Source of the DNA: Thalia democratica
Taxonomy: Eukaryota
Assembly: GCA_965202585.1 (NCBI GenBank)
Contig: OZ241826.1
Coordinates: 30,566,001-30,630,000 of the forward strand
DNA: 64,000 nucleotides
Direction: 5' to 3'
The position numbers and the translations under genes are program-made. The notes beneath the pieces were generated by a model that was given only the letters and a program-made list of their open reading frames with translations, was not told where the DNA came from and made no database searches. Within the stretch, counting starts at the first letter, position 1. Each line of letters starts with the position of its first letter. Below, piece by piece: positions 1-12,378 of the stretch.

Positions 1-1462
1 TGAATAGAACAGATATCGGAAAACTGCGGCCCGCGAAGCGCTACAAACATACTAATCAAAAACTAAAACATAAAATTCATGTAATAAAAACTTACAACCA
101 TGTTCTATAATCACTAGCCAAAATTGCTCTAATATTAGTTGCTTTAAAACATTCTTGACTTAAAATAGCAGTTTTATTCTGATTATTACAATATATTTTA
201 TAAAATTTAATTTAACTGTAAAAACATTCGCAACTTCATATATTGTTTCAGTAAGATAAAATTAGTTTTCTCCATTGTTGAAATTTACTTTATTGTAAGA
301 TATTAAGGGTAGAAAAGTTTTTAGCCGGATTGCCGGACTTACTTGAAAATTTATTTATCAAACTGTAGAAAAACCTTTGCGGGCTTCGTAATTTTAAAAA
401 TAAAATAAGTTAATGTCTTAGAACAAAGTAAGTTTAACAGTAGTAAATATATTGAATTAAAAAAAAATAAGGTTTAAAATGTTTAGTCTAAGTATATTTT
501 TGTACAAAAAGACCTATTGGGCATCCAATAGTACACCATATTTAAATTAGAACTATAACAGTTTTAGATCCACCATGTCTTAATTATTACAGTCTTACAA
601 CTAAATCTATAAATAAGTAAGTTCCTGAGAGTTTTAAATAAATTTTGTTATATTTTTGGAATCGTTCTGTTTATCTAAGAATTCGTATAAAATATATATC
701 AAAGTAGGTTGTTTTTAGATAGATATCTTTAAATAGTTACAAATAAACAGCTTTAAATTTGTAACAAGTATTCAGTTATTAAAACTAACTGCTTTTGCTT
801 TTTATAACAATTCTATCTTTAAAATCTAAATACAAACACTTAAAGTTTTTAAAACTTTGTTACGTAAAAATAATTTTGTAACTCAGGTTTTATAAAACTA
901 TAAAGCTGTACATTTTTTAATATTTTTAAAATAAGATTCAAAGTTTTCAACTTTTATCCAAAGAGAAGATTACAAGTTTTTTTAATTTATAAATATATAA
1001 AAAAATTAGTAATATAAAAATTACACATACTATTATAAATTTTTACTTATAACGAATCTTTTAATCGAATAAAATTTTAAAATAAACAAACTTTTAACTA
1101 TCATTTTTAAAATTTTTAAGAAGACCTTAGGTATAAAAGTTTATGAAGTGATAAAGCATGCTTTTTAAATTTATACTTTAAATTCATTATTTTAGTTGTT
1201 GATAAATTAATTATCATTTGAAAGTTTTTACTGCAATGAAATCTCTAAGTACACAAGTTGATCTTTAATTTAAATTAAACAACAAGACAATATATAAACT
1301 ACATAACCTTAAAACCACATTTGCACAATTAATGGCTTCAACAGTTTGGAATTATAAATAAATAGTTATTTATTTTTATTTTTGCAAGCTCATTTCATAT
1401 GTTATTTTGACTGGAGGAATCATATTTGTCTTGGCTATACTAAGCAGCACACATGACTTTGT

Positions 1463-1472
1463 ATCATTAAAA
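1463..1472 (+). other. Target-site duplication ATCATTAAAA (partners at 9731-9740 and 11733-11742)
   Basis: Exact 10-bp direct repeat immediately outside both TIR ends. Confidence 0.85.
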
Positions 1473-3186
1473 ATTAGCGTCTTTTTGGATCACATTTTTC
1501 GAGATCACAATTTGTTGAAAACAATTTTCTAGACAACATTTTTTAAGTGTTCCGTGATTGGCTTACTAAAAGGTTACTAAAGGTTAAAGTTAAATTTATT
1601 TTATACTTACAAACAAATATATGATATGTAAGCAAGTTAAAATAAATATTACAATTTTAACGTTAATAGAAAAGTAAACAAAACAAAATTTAGATAATCA
1701 GCAAAAGATATTTTATTAAATAAAAATTACAAAAAAAAAAATTAAAAATGAGAATAATAAATAAAAAAAACAAATAAATAAATTAAAATACACCTTCAGA
1801 AAAGAAAAAAAAATCAATAGAAAATATTGAAACATAAGTTTTATAAAAACCTGAAAAATATTTTAATAAAATAGTAACAAGTTTAAGAATAGTTATTAAA
1901 ACCAAAATACTAAATAATAAAAAATTATGTTAATGATATAAAAGTTTAAAACCAATCTTTTATAAGTTTAGGTAATAAACCAATTTATATCAATCTAAAA
2001 ATTTATTAACAAATAAAAAGAAAATATAATCATATTAAAATTTTATGCCATTTAATTAAAAAACTATATATATCTGCATAAAAAAAAAATTATTCGTGTA
2101 ATGTATAGAAGTTATGTTTAAAACGTAACGTGTATCATTTACTAATCGACCGTTTGAAACTTATCATCAAAAACATTCATTTGGTTGTAATAAACAGTCT
2201 AGTACCAGTACAAATCTGACTGACTCATTTCTCAATATAAATAACTGAAACTTTGCAAATATGTAATTTAGGGGTATTTCTTGGTACCGCTATATTTTTA
2301 TGCATCTAGCTTAAATATTTTTGAAGCTGTGACCGCCTGAAATTTACCTTAAATAAACACAGTCGGTTGACTTTTAAAAAGACAACTTAGTACTGCTGGA
2401 CCTCTAACTCCTTTATTTGTCAATAAAAACATATAAAACTTTGCTAATATGTTCTCTTATGTTTTCACTTGGTAAAAATTAATTATCTCATTTCTAACAT
2501 GTTCGGTTTTGAAAATATGATTTGACCAAATAAATCAGCAAAATTGTTGTAAATTCCGTATGAAAACACGTTCATTTTATTAAAAACAAAACAACGTAGT
2601 ACCAGTACAAATCTGACTGACTCATTTCTCAATATAAATAACTGAAACTTTGCAAATATGTAATTTAGGGGTATCTCTTGGTACCGCTATAATTTTATGC
2701 ATCTAGCTTAAATATTTTTGAAGCTGTGACCGCCTGAAATTTACCTTAAATAAACACAGTCGGTTGACTTTTAAAAAGACAACTTAGTACTGCTGGACCT
2801 CTAACTCCTTTATTTGTCAATAAAAACATATTAAACCTTGCCAATATGTTCTCTTATGTTTTCACTTGGTTAAAATTAATTATCTCATTTCTAACATGTT
2901 CGGTTTTGAAAATATGATTTGACCAAATAAATCAGCAAAATTGTTGTAAGTTCCGTATAAAAACACGTTCATTTTATTAAAAACAAAACAACGTAGTACC
3001 AGTACAAATCTGACTGACTCATTTCTCAATATAAATAACTGAAACTTTGCAAATATGTAATTTAGGGGTATCTCTTGGTACCGCTATATTTTTGTGCATC
3101 TAGCTTAAATATTTTTGAAGCAGTGACCGCCTGAAATTTACCTTAAATAAACACAGTCGGTTGACTTTTAAAAAGACAACTTAGTC
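1473..3186 (+). repeat. Left terminal inverted repeat (about 730 bp unique outer part + 2.5 copies of a 397-bp unit)
   Basis: Near-identical reverse complement of the right arm. The array is cut off at 3186, where it abuts transposase coding sequence. Confidence 0.9.
2201..3186 (+). repeat. 397-bp tandem array (2.5 copies)
   Basis: Unit start AGTACCAGTACAAATCTGAC recurs at 2201, 2598 and 2995. Confidence 0.95.
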
Positions 3187-4759
3187 CTGATATTTTTTTG
3201 AAGTCTCTTTTTAAAAGAGACATCCAGCACTTGTAGTTATGTTTGTCTGTGTGTACAGAAATCATATCACTTACTACAAGACATGGTGTGTTTTTCGTTT
3301 AACCGTCTTTTCTTTGGATTTTTCGGAACCTGTAAAATATATACTTATTTATTTTCATAAAAAATATAAAAGTATATAACAGCTTACCTCTTAAGCATGC
3401 GGCTGAGTAACATATATTGCTGTCATCCAGTTTATCAAAAAAACCGCTGGTTGAGTCAATATGAAGCGTCTCATAGATACTTTTTTTTAACTTTTCCTTG
3501 GCTACTCTCATTTGGCCTTCTTCATGTGTTATTATCCTTAGTGGTTTTGAACAAAATTCTTGTATTACTCCTTTAATTATCTGTAAAATTTTAAATGTAA
3601 CAATGCTGCGTAACATTTTAAAATGATTAACATACCTTGTTGTTACGGTAGCGTTCGTTTGATTCTAGCGAGGTTATTGCCTTTTTTATTCTCTCATCAA
3701 AGCTTCCTTCGTGTTTTTTACGTTGTTCACTAGCTTGATATTTTATATTACGTACACTCTTGGGTCTAACAAGGCGGTTCAAGTTTCCTGTCGCAGTTTA
3801 AAGTTAGTTGTGTAACAATTTGTAATTAAAACAATATTTGTTTCTTAAGATGAAATTATTCAACAAAAAAGTTAAAATTTGATATGTTTAAAATACTAAG
3901 GATCTGTTACAAGAAAATAATATAGTTGAGTTATCAAAAATACAAAAGTGACTGTATGTTTACCGTGAAGAAAATCATCTCTTTCAAAACTTTGAGACAT
4001 TTTCTTTGCAACAAAATTGATGTTACAATTCTTATCCAGCTCGTTTACAATACGCTCTGCAAAAGTATTACTATGGTTGAAAAATTACAAATTTAATTGA
4101 ATTATAAAATAGACTAAAGTAAATACATTGTACAATAACAACTTCTAAAACCAATGTACATCTACAGACCGGTTAAAGACAGTTCTTTAAAAAATGTATA
4201 ATATAAACATTTTAGCCTAAAAGTGTAACAATTTTACCGCTGTCACTGCGACCAATTCTTGTTCTCCTATTTGCATCGGCATTTTGATGATTTCTCTGTC
4301 CCGTTCTTGATAACTCAATTTTATCTTTGTTGATGTAACCCTTCCATATAACGTTACATTCCTTGACCGAGCATTTTAAGGTAAGCGCGAATGATTTGGT
4401 TTTAAGCTTATAGTACGTACCTTTAAATGCGTAACAATGACAGTGCTTTATTTCAGGGTGCAACTTTTTGCGTAACATCTGTAATACAAAAAACATGATT
4501 TTTTTAAGGTTTATGTACATTGTATGATTATAATTAATTATAATTTAGAAGTTTTTTTCAAAATGAATAAATTTATTATGTTGAAACATTGTAGTGTTTG
4601 AAGCTTAAATACATAATACCAATAAAAAGTAACTACTACATCAGTCCAACCTAACTTAGTCATTTTGTATCTTTGATCATTTGGTTTTAGATATTCCTTG
4701 GTTTCATCATACATCTTTTCCCATTCATCTTTAGAAACTGTTAATGATATGCGTGTATT

Positions 4760-5168
4760 TTCTTCTTCTTCTAATTCTTCATTCCTCTCTTCATTTGAAT
4801 AATGCGCTGGTTGTGGAGTTTTTCTAAAAAAATCATTTGCTTCATCATTTTGAAATGGCGATTGAGAACTATCACTCAACACTGGTAGTAGTATCTCTTC
4901 ATCATCATTTCTTAGTTCTTCATCTGAATTCTCTAAATATGCTCTGCATGCATTTTCTTCTTCTTCTTCTATTTCTTCCTCATCTTCATTTCTTTCTTCA
5001 TCAAAATAATGCGCTGGTGGTGGAGTTTTTCTAAAAAAATCATTTGCTTCATCATTTTGAAATGGCGATTGAGAACTATCACTCAACACTGGTAGTAGTA
5101 TCTCTTCATCATCATTTCTTAGTTCTTCATCTGAATTCTCTAAATATTCTCTGCATGCATTTTCTTCA
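4760..5168 (-). repeat. Two copies of a ~69-aa acidic coding repeat (ENACR.YLENSDEELRNDDEEILLPVLSDSSQSPFQNDEANDFFRKTP)
   Basis: Seen directly in ORF 4538..6340. Confidence 0.9.
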
Positions 5169-5184
5169 TCAGAAATAGGAGGAG

Positions 5185-6017
5185 TTTCATCACCTAATTC
5201 TTGGTTTATGTTGTGCTCATTTTCTCCTGAAGTTTCAGGTTTTTTCTCTTCGCCCTTTTCCTCTTGAGGAACTTCTTCAACTATTTCTTGGTTTATTTTG
5301 TACTCATTTTCTCTTGAAGTTTCAGGTCTTTCCTCTTCGCCCTTTTCCTCTTGAGGAATTTCATCACCTAATTCTTGGTTTATGTTGTACTCATTTTCTC
5401 TTGAAGTTTCAGGTCTTTCCTCTTCGCCCTTTTCCTCTTTAGGAACTTCTTCAACTATTTCTTGGTTTATGTTGTACTCATTTTCTCCTGAAGTTTCAGG
5501 TCTTTCCTCTTCGCCCTTTTCCTCTTGAGGAGCTTCTTCAACTATTTCTTGGTTTATGTTGTGCTCATTTTCTCCTGAAGTTTCAGGTCTTTCCTCTTCG
5601 CCCTTTTCCTCCTGAGGAATTTCATCACCTAATTCTTGGTTTATGTTGTGCTCATTTTCTTCTGAAGTTTCAGGTTTGTCCTCTTCGCCCTTTTCCACTT
5701 GAGGAGTTTCATCAACTATTTCTTGGTTTATGTTGTGCTCATTTTCTCCTGAAGTTTCAGGTCTTTCCTCTTCGCCCTTTTCCTCTTGAGGAGCTTCTTC
5801 AACTATTTCTTGGTTTATGTTGTGCTCATTTTCTCCTGAAGTTTCAGGTCTTTCCTCTTCGCCCTTTTCCTCTTGAGGAGCTTCTTCAACTATTTCTTGG
5901 TTTATGTTGTGCTCATTTTCTCCTGAAGTTTCAGGTCTTTCCTCTTCGCCCTTTTCCACTTGAGGAGTTTCATCAACTATTTCTTGGTTTATGTTGTGCT
6001 CATTTTCTCCTGAAGTT
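5185..6017 (-). repeat. 87-bp (29-aa) coding tandem repeat, about 10 copies (GEEERPETSGENEHNINQEIVEEAPQEEK)
   Basis: Seen directly in ORF 4538..6340. Confidence 0.95.
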
Positions 6018-7425
6018 CTAAGTTTGTCCTTGTGACCCTTTTCTTGAGTTTGAATAAACTCTATTGCTGCTCTTTTACTAAGTAACATAGATTTGTACTT
6101 GTAAACCTTTGAAACAATTATTTGTTTCATTCTTGAAGTTAAAGTAAAAGTGCGCTTTGTCTTAAGATACTTAAGGCAAATTTTTTTCATAATAATACTT
6201 CTGTTCTTTTTTTCTTCAAAAAATCTGAAAAAATTTTCAGGATCATTTTCAACCTTTCTAAACTCAGTTGGAGAACTGAAAAATTGTTCCATTTTCTCGG
6301 TGAATTCTTTTAAAGTAACACGCATTTTGACATTAAACACAATCTATAAATTATTAATTATGTTAATAGCATAAGAAATATGAAACTGCGACCTTACTTT
6401 AATGGCTAAATATCATAGACAAAATAACTAATGAAATAAAACTAATTAAAATCATTATCTGAAAGAAAACTAACTTATGTTTAGTAGAGACTATCTAAGA
6501 AAAAAATACAATTTTAAAATGGTGTTTACAATAAAGAAGTTTGCTTAATATTTAACACCTAAAAAAACTAAAGTTAACCCAAATTCAATACTATCTGTGA
6601 CTTGACTAAAAAATAAAAGTGAAAAAACAAATCAAATTTTCATTCAATAATATGTTTAAAACCTTAACATTGTTTTTAGTTCAGGCAGTTTTTAAACTAT
6701 TAAATTAAAAAAAATTACACAAGTATTTTTTTAAAACTTTTTAAGTCTAAAAAATTAAAATTTTCTCAAATAAAGAAAATTCTGTGACCTTACTTCACAT
6801 TTAAAAATTAAAACTGAAAATTTAATAGTTGTGCATAAAACCTTTATATCATTTTTAGTTCTAAACTGTTGTGTTATTTTTGAAAAATTTATGCATTCTA
6901 CTATGCTTGATATAAAATTATAAAAGAATTTAAAACTAATTTCAATTAATTATATCTTTTTATCTTACTAAAACAAAAAGAAAACAAACTTTTATTACTC
7001 TGTAAAAGGATATCAAATATTATTTGAATTATTTATAAATTCAGTGTAAATCTTCGAGCCTAAATCCATGTTTATCCGAGCGTTTAAGAGAAAGCTCGAA
7101 AGATCATGTGTTATACTGATGCAAGTTAACATAATGAGAAAATAAAATGCAGACAAGATATTACTGATGTAATGTTGCAAAAGTTTAAAACGCTGCTTTA
7201 CAAACCAGCCATAGAAAGTATTGGGAGAATCTAGCCACAGCCTGCTGCAGTAAACATGTTATTCATGTTAAATAGACACTTTTAATATTAAATTGTGAAA
7301 TTTAAAGTAAAGTTTTAACAATGTTACTTTTTATGTTCACTTTTAAATAAGTCCTAAGTATTTGAATGTTAATTTATTTTATACATACTTAAGTATATTG
7401 CTGTTAGAATGATTACTAAGTAAAG

Positions 7426-9730
7426 TTTAATAAAATGAACGTGTTTTTATACGGAACTTACAACAATTTTGCTGATTTATTTGGTCAAATCATATTTTCA
7501 AAACCGAACATGTTAGAAATGAGATAATTAATTTCAACCAAGTGAAACCATAAGAGAACATATTGGCAAGGTTTAATATGTTTTTATTGACAAATAAAGG
7601 AGTTAGAGGTCCAGCAGTACTAAGTTGTCTTTTTAAAAGTCAACCGACTGTGTTTATTTAAGGTAAATTTCAGGCGGTCACAGCTTCAAAAATATTTAAG
7701 CTAGATGCATAAAATTATAGCGGTACCAAGAGATATCCCTAAATTACATATTTGCAAAGTTTCAGTTATTTATATTGAGAAATGAGTCAGTCAGATTTGT
7801 ACTGGTACAACGTTGTTTTGTTTTTAATAAAATGAACGTGTTTTTATACGGAACTTACAACAATTTTGCTGATTTATTTGGTCAAATCATATTTTCAAAA
7901 CCGAACATGTTAGAAATGAGATAATTAATTTTAACCAAGTGAAAACATAAGAGAACATATTAGCAAAGTTTTATATGTTTTTATTGACAAATAAAGGAGT
8001 TAGAGGTCCAGCAGTACTAAGTTGTCTTTTTAAAAGTCAACCGACTGTGTTTATTTAAGGTAAATTTCAGGCGGTCACTGCTTCAAAAATATTTAAGCTA
8101 GATGCACAAAAATATAGCGGTACCAAGAGATACCCCTAAATTACATATTTGCAAAGTTTCAGTTATTTATATTGAGAAATGAGTCAGTCAGATTTGTACT
8201 GGTACTACGTTGTTTTGTTTTTAATAAAATGAACGTGTTTTTATATGGAACTTACAACAATTTTGCTGATTTATTTGGTCAAATCATATTTTCAAAACCG
8301 AACATGTTAGAAATGAGATAATTAATTTCAACCAAGTGAAAACATAAGAGAACATATTGGCAAGGTTTAATATGTTTTTATTGACAAATAAAGGAGTTAG
8401 AGGTCCAGCAGTACTAAGTTGTCTTTTTAAAAGTCAACCGACTGTGTTTATTTAAGGTAAATTTCAGGCGGTCACAGCTTCAAAAATATTTAAGCTAGAT
8501 GCATAAAATTATAGCGGTACCAAGAGATACCCCTAAATTACATATTTGCAAAGTTTCAGTTATTTATATTGAGAAATGAGTCAGTCAGATTTGTACTGGT
8601 ACTACGTTGTTTTGTTTTTAATAAAATGAACGTGTTTTTATACGGAATTTACAACAATTTTGCTGATTTATTTGGTCAAATCATATTTTCAAAACCGAAC
8701 ATGTTAGAAATGAGATAATTAATTTTAACCAAGTGAAAACATAAGAGAACATATTAGCAAAGTTTAATATTTTTTTATTGACAAAAAAAGGAGTTAGAGG
8801 TCCAGCAGTACTAAGTTGTCTTTTTAAAAGTCAACCGACTGTGTTTATTTAAGGTAAATTTCAGGCGGTCACTGCTTCAAAAATATTTAAGCTAGATGCA
8901 TAAAAATATAGCGGTACCAAGAAATACCCCTAAATTACATATTTGCAAAGTTTCTGTTATTTATATTGAGAAATGAGTCAGTCAGATTTGTACTGGTACT
9001 AGACTGTTTATTACAACCAAATGAATGTTTTTGATGATAAGTTTCAAACGGTCGATTAGTAAATGATACACGTTACGTTTTAAACATAACTTCTATACAT
9101 TACACGAATAATTTTTTTTTTATGCAGATATATATAGTTTTTTAATTAAATGGCATAAAATTTTAATATGATTATATTTTCTTTTTATTTGTTAATAAAT
9201 TTTTAGATTGATATAAATTGGTTTATTACCTAAACTTATAAAAGAATGGTTTTAAACTTTTATATCATTAACATAATTTTTTATTATTTAGTATTTTGGT
9301 TTTAATAACTATTCTTAAACTTGTTACTATTTTATTAAAATATTTTTCAGGTTTTTATAAAACTTATGTTTCAATATTTTCTATTGATTTTTTTTTCTTT
9401 TCTGAAGGTGTATTTTAATTTATTTATTTGTTTTTTTTATTTATTATTCTCATTTTTAATTTTTTTTTTTTGTAATTTTTATTTAATAAAATATCTTTTG
9501 CTGATTATCTAAATTTTGTTTTGTTTACTTTTCTATTAACGTTAAAATTGAAATATTTATTTTAACTTGCTTACATATCATATATTTGTTTGTAAGTATA
9601 AAATAAATTTAACTTTAACCTTTAGTAACCTTTTAGTAAGCTAATCACGGAACACTTAAAAAATGTTGTCTAGAAAATTGTTTTCAACAAAAATGTGATC
9701 TCGAAAAATGTGATCCAAAAAGACGCTAAT
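7426..9730 (-). repeat. Right terminal inverted repeat (about 4 copies of the 397-bp unit + outer part)
   Basis: Reverse complement of the left arm; unit ends at about 7808, 8206, 8603 and 9000. Confidence 0.9.
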
Positions 9731-9813
9731 ATCATTAAAATAAGAAAAAAAATTAGAATAGTTTTAGCCAGCTCTTTACCTGAATTTTATAAAACACCCT
9801 TGCTTTTATCTAA

Positions 9814-11815
9814 ACGTTGTTTTGTTTTTAATAAAATGAACGTGTTTTTATACGGAACTTACAACAATTTTGCTGATTTATTTGGTCAAATCATATTTTC
9901 AAAACCGAACATGTTAGAAATGAGATAATTAATTTTAACCAAGTGAAAACATAAGAGAACATATTAGCAAAGTTTTATATGTTTTTATTGACAAATAAAG
10001 GAGTTAGAGGTCCAGCAGTACTAAGTTGTCTTTTTAAAAGTCAACCGACTGTGTTTATTTAAGGTAAATTTCAGGCGGTCACTGCTTCAAAAATATTTAA
10101 GCTAGATGCATAAAAATATAGCGGTACCAAGAGATACCCCTAAATTACATATTTGCAAAGTTTCAGTTATTTATATTGAGAAATGAGTCAGTCAGATTTG
10201 TACTGGTACTACGTTGTTTTGTTTTTAATAAAATGAACATGTTTTTATACGGAACTTACAACAATTTTGCTGATTTATTTGGTCAAATCATATTTTCAAA
10301 ACCGAACATGTTAGAAATGAGATAATTAATTTCAACCAAGTGAAAACATAAGAGAACATATTGGCAAGGTTTAATATGTTTTTATTGACAAATAAAGGAG
10401 TTAGAGGTCCAGCAGTACTAAGTTGTCTTTTTAAAAGTCAACCGACTGTGTTTATTTAAGGTAAATTTCAGGCGGTCACAGCTTCAAAAATATTTAAGCT
10501 AGATGCATAAAATTATAGCGGTACCAAGAGATACCCCTAAATTACATATTTGCAAAGTTTCAGTTATTTATATTGAGAAATGAGTCAGTCAGATTTGTAC
10601 TGGTACTACGTTGTTTTGTTTTTAATAAAATGAACGTGTTTTTATACGGAATTTACAACAATTTTGCTGATTTATTTGGTCAAATCATATTTTCAAAACC
10701 GAACATGTTAGAAATGAGATAATTAATTTTAACCAAGTGAAAACATAAGAGAACATATTAGCAAAGTTTAATATGTTTTTATTGACAAATAAAGGAGTTA
10801 GAGGTCCAGCAGTACTAAGTTGTCTTTTTAAAAGTCAACCGACTGTGTTTATTTAAGGTAAATTTCAGGCGGTCACTGCTTCAAAAATATTTAAGCTAGA
10901 TGCATAAAAGTATAGCGGTACCAAGAAATACCCCTAAATTACATATTTGCAAAGTTTCAGTTATTTATATTGAGAAATGAGTCAGTCAGATTTGTACTGG
11001 TACTAGACTGTTTATTACAACCAAATGAATGTTTTTGATGATAAGTTTCAAACGGTCGATTAGTAAATGATACACGTTACGTTTTAAACATAACTTCTAT
11101 ACATTACACGAATAATTTTTTTTTTATGCAGATATATATAGTTTTTTAATTAAATGGCATAAAATTTTAATATGATTATATTTTCTTTTTATTTGTTAAT
11201 AAATTTTTAGATTGATATAAATTGGTTTATTACCTAAACTTATAAAAGAATGGTTTTAAACTTTTATATCATTAACATAATTTTTTATTATTTAGTATTT
11301 TGGTTTTAATAACTATTCTTAAACTTGTTACTATTTTATTAAAATATTTTTCAGGTTTTTATAAAACTTATGTTTCAATATTTTCTATTGATTTTTTTTT
11401 TTTCTGAAGGTGTATTTTAATTTATTTATTTGTTTTTTTTATTTATTATTCTCATTTTTAATTTTTTTTTTTTGTAATTTTTATTTAATAAAATATCTTT
11501 TGCTGATTATCTAAATTTTGTTTTGTTTACTTTTCTATTAACGTTAAAATTGAAATATTTATTTTAACTTGCTTACATATCATATATTTGTTTGTAAGTA
11601 TAAAATAAATTTAACTTTAACCTTTAGTAACCTTTTAGTAAGCTAATCACGGAACACTTAAAAAATGTTGTCTAGAAAATTGTTTTCAACAAAAATGTGA
11701 TCTCGAAAAATGTGATCCAAAAAGACGCTAATATCATTAAAATAAGAAAAAAAATTAGAATAGTTTTAGCCAACTCTTTACCTGAATTTTATAAAACACC
11801 CTTGCTTTTATCTAA
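9814..11815. repeat. Tandem duplicate of the right TIR (3 x 397-bp units + outer TIR + TSD + ~75 bp flank)
   Basis: Nearly identical to ~7810-9813, including the host flank up to TTTTATCTAA; junction at 9813/9814. Confidence 0.9.
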
Positions 11816-11954
11816 TTTTTGCTAAATTTTACTACTTTTTACCATAACTGTAAGATAAAACTTTAGCACCATAAACTGATTAAATTTTTTGATTTCAATA
11901 ACTACTGTGACTACACTGCATATTAAACAGCTTAATTACACTACAAAATTATAC

Positions 11955-12378
11955 CAGGGTTGCCACTAATTTTTAAGTAATTTCTTTATGGTTTTCTAAA
12001 TTTCCTCCAGTTTATTCAAGGTACACATTTTTGGTCTTTTTTTAGTTTAAGGTTAGGTTGAAAGTAAAAGTACTGTGTAAAAAAGTATTACAACATTGAA
12101 AATATAATATAAAGCTACTTTAAGAGTGTTTTTAAAAATAAAAACATTTTTATTTAGGACAAAACGTAGTTATCTAAATGATAGATTTTTCGCCTCAAAT
12201 CAAAGTTTTACTGCTTGTTTTGTACAAATTGCTTAAAATTCCAGGCTTTTCTAGATTTTTTAGTGATGTTTGTTAAAAATTCTAGGTTTTTCTAGATTTT
12301 TTCAAAATTTCTAGGTCTTTTTAGCATAAATTGTCAAATTCTAGGTTTGTTTAAACTTCCAGGTTTTTAAAAACCCTG
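11955..12378. mobile_element. Possible degenerate MITE (CAGGGTT...AACCCTG ends, internal AATTCYAGGTTTTTCTAG repeats)
   Basis: 7-bp inverted ends and 4-5 short subterminal repeats at 12235-12370; no TSD found. Confidence 0.35.

Larger units (their letters stand above)
3187..6340 (-). pseudogene. Spliced MULE-family transposase, 3'-truncated, with long acidic N-terminal repeat exon
   Basis: Exons 6340-~4637 (donor ambiguous 4634-4640), 4478-4238, 4056-3964, 3787-3636, 3580-3388 and 3329-3187 are joined by phase-compatible GT-AG introns. They encode a WRKY/GCM1-like CSVKEC..NH segment, the LHIDSTSG first-Asp motif, and PCLVVSDMISVHTDKHNYKCWMSLLKRDFKKISG. One base is missing in an A5 run near 3292-3296 (frameshift). 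The reading frame ends against the TIR at 3186, before the remaining catalytic D/E. Confidence 0.75.
1473..9730. mobile_element. Mutator-like (MULE)/Foldback-type DNA transposon, ~8.26 kb, internal deletion derivative
   Basis: Terminal ATTAGCGTCTTTTTGGATCACA at 1473 is matched by its reverse complement ending at 9730. Identical 10-bp direct repeats ATCATTAAAA flank it at 1463-1472 and 9731-9740. Long TIRs contain internal tandem repeats, and the interior holds spliced transposase-like exons. Confidence 0.87.

Noticed and set aside
1380-1472. Hydrophobic frame (LISYVILTGGIIFVLAILSSTHDFVSLK) interrupted by the transposon
   Set aside because: Short, no homology evidence, and hydrophobic runs are expected from T-rich DNA.
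2201-3186. 397-bp array as CRISPR-like or coding repeat
   Set aside because: The units are near-identical over their full length with no unique spacers, the context is eukaryotic, and the frames I tried contain stops.
7040-7260. GC-richer stretch inside the transposon as a second gene
   Set aside because: Stops in all plus frames and no recognisable motif.
9695-9928. 77-aa plus-strand ORF
   Set aside because: It spans the TIR end, TSD, flank and duplication junction, so it is a chimeric by-product of the rearrangement.
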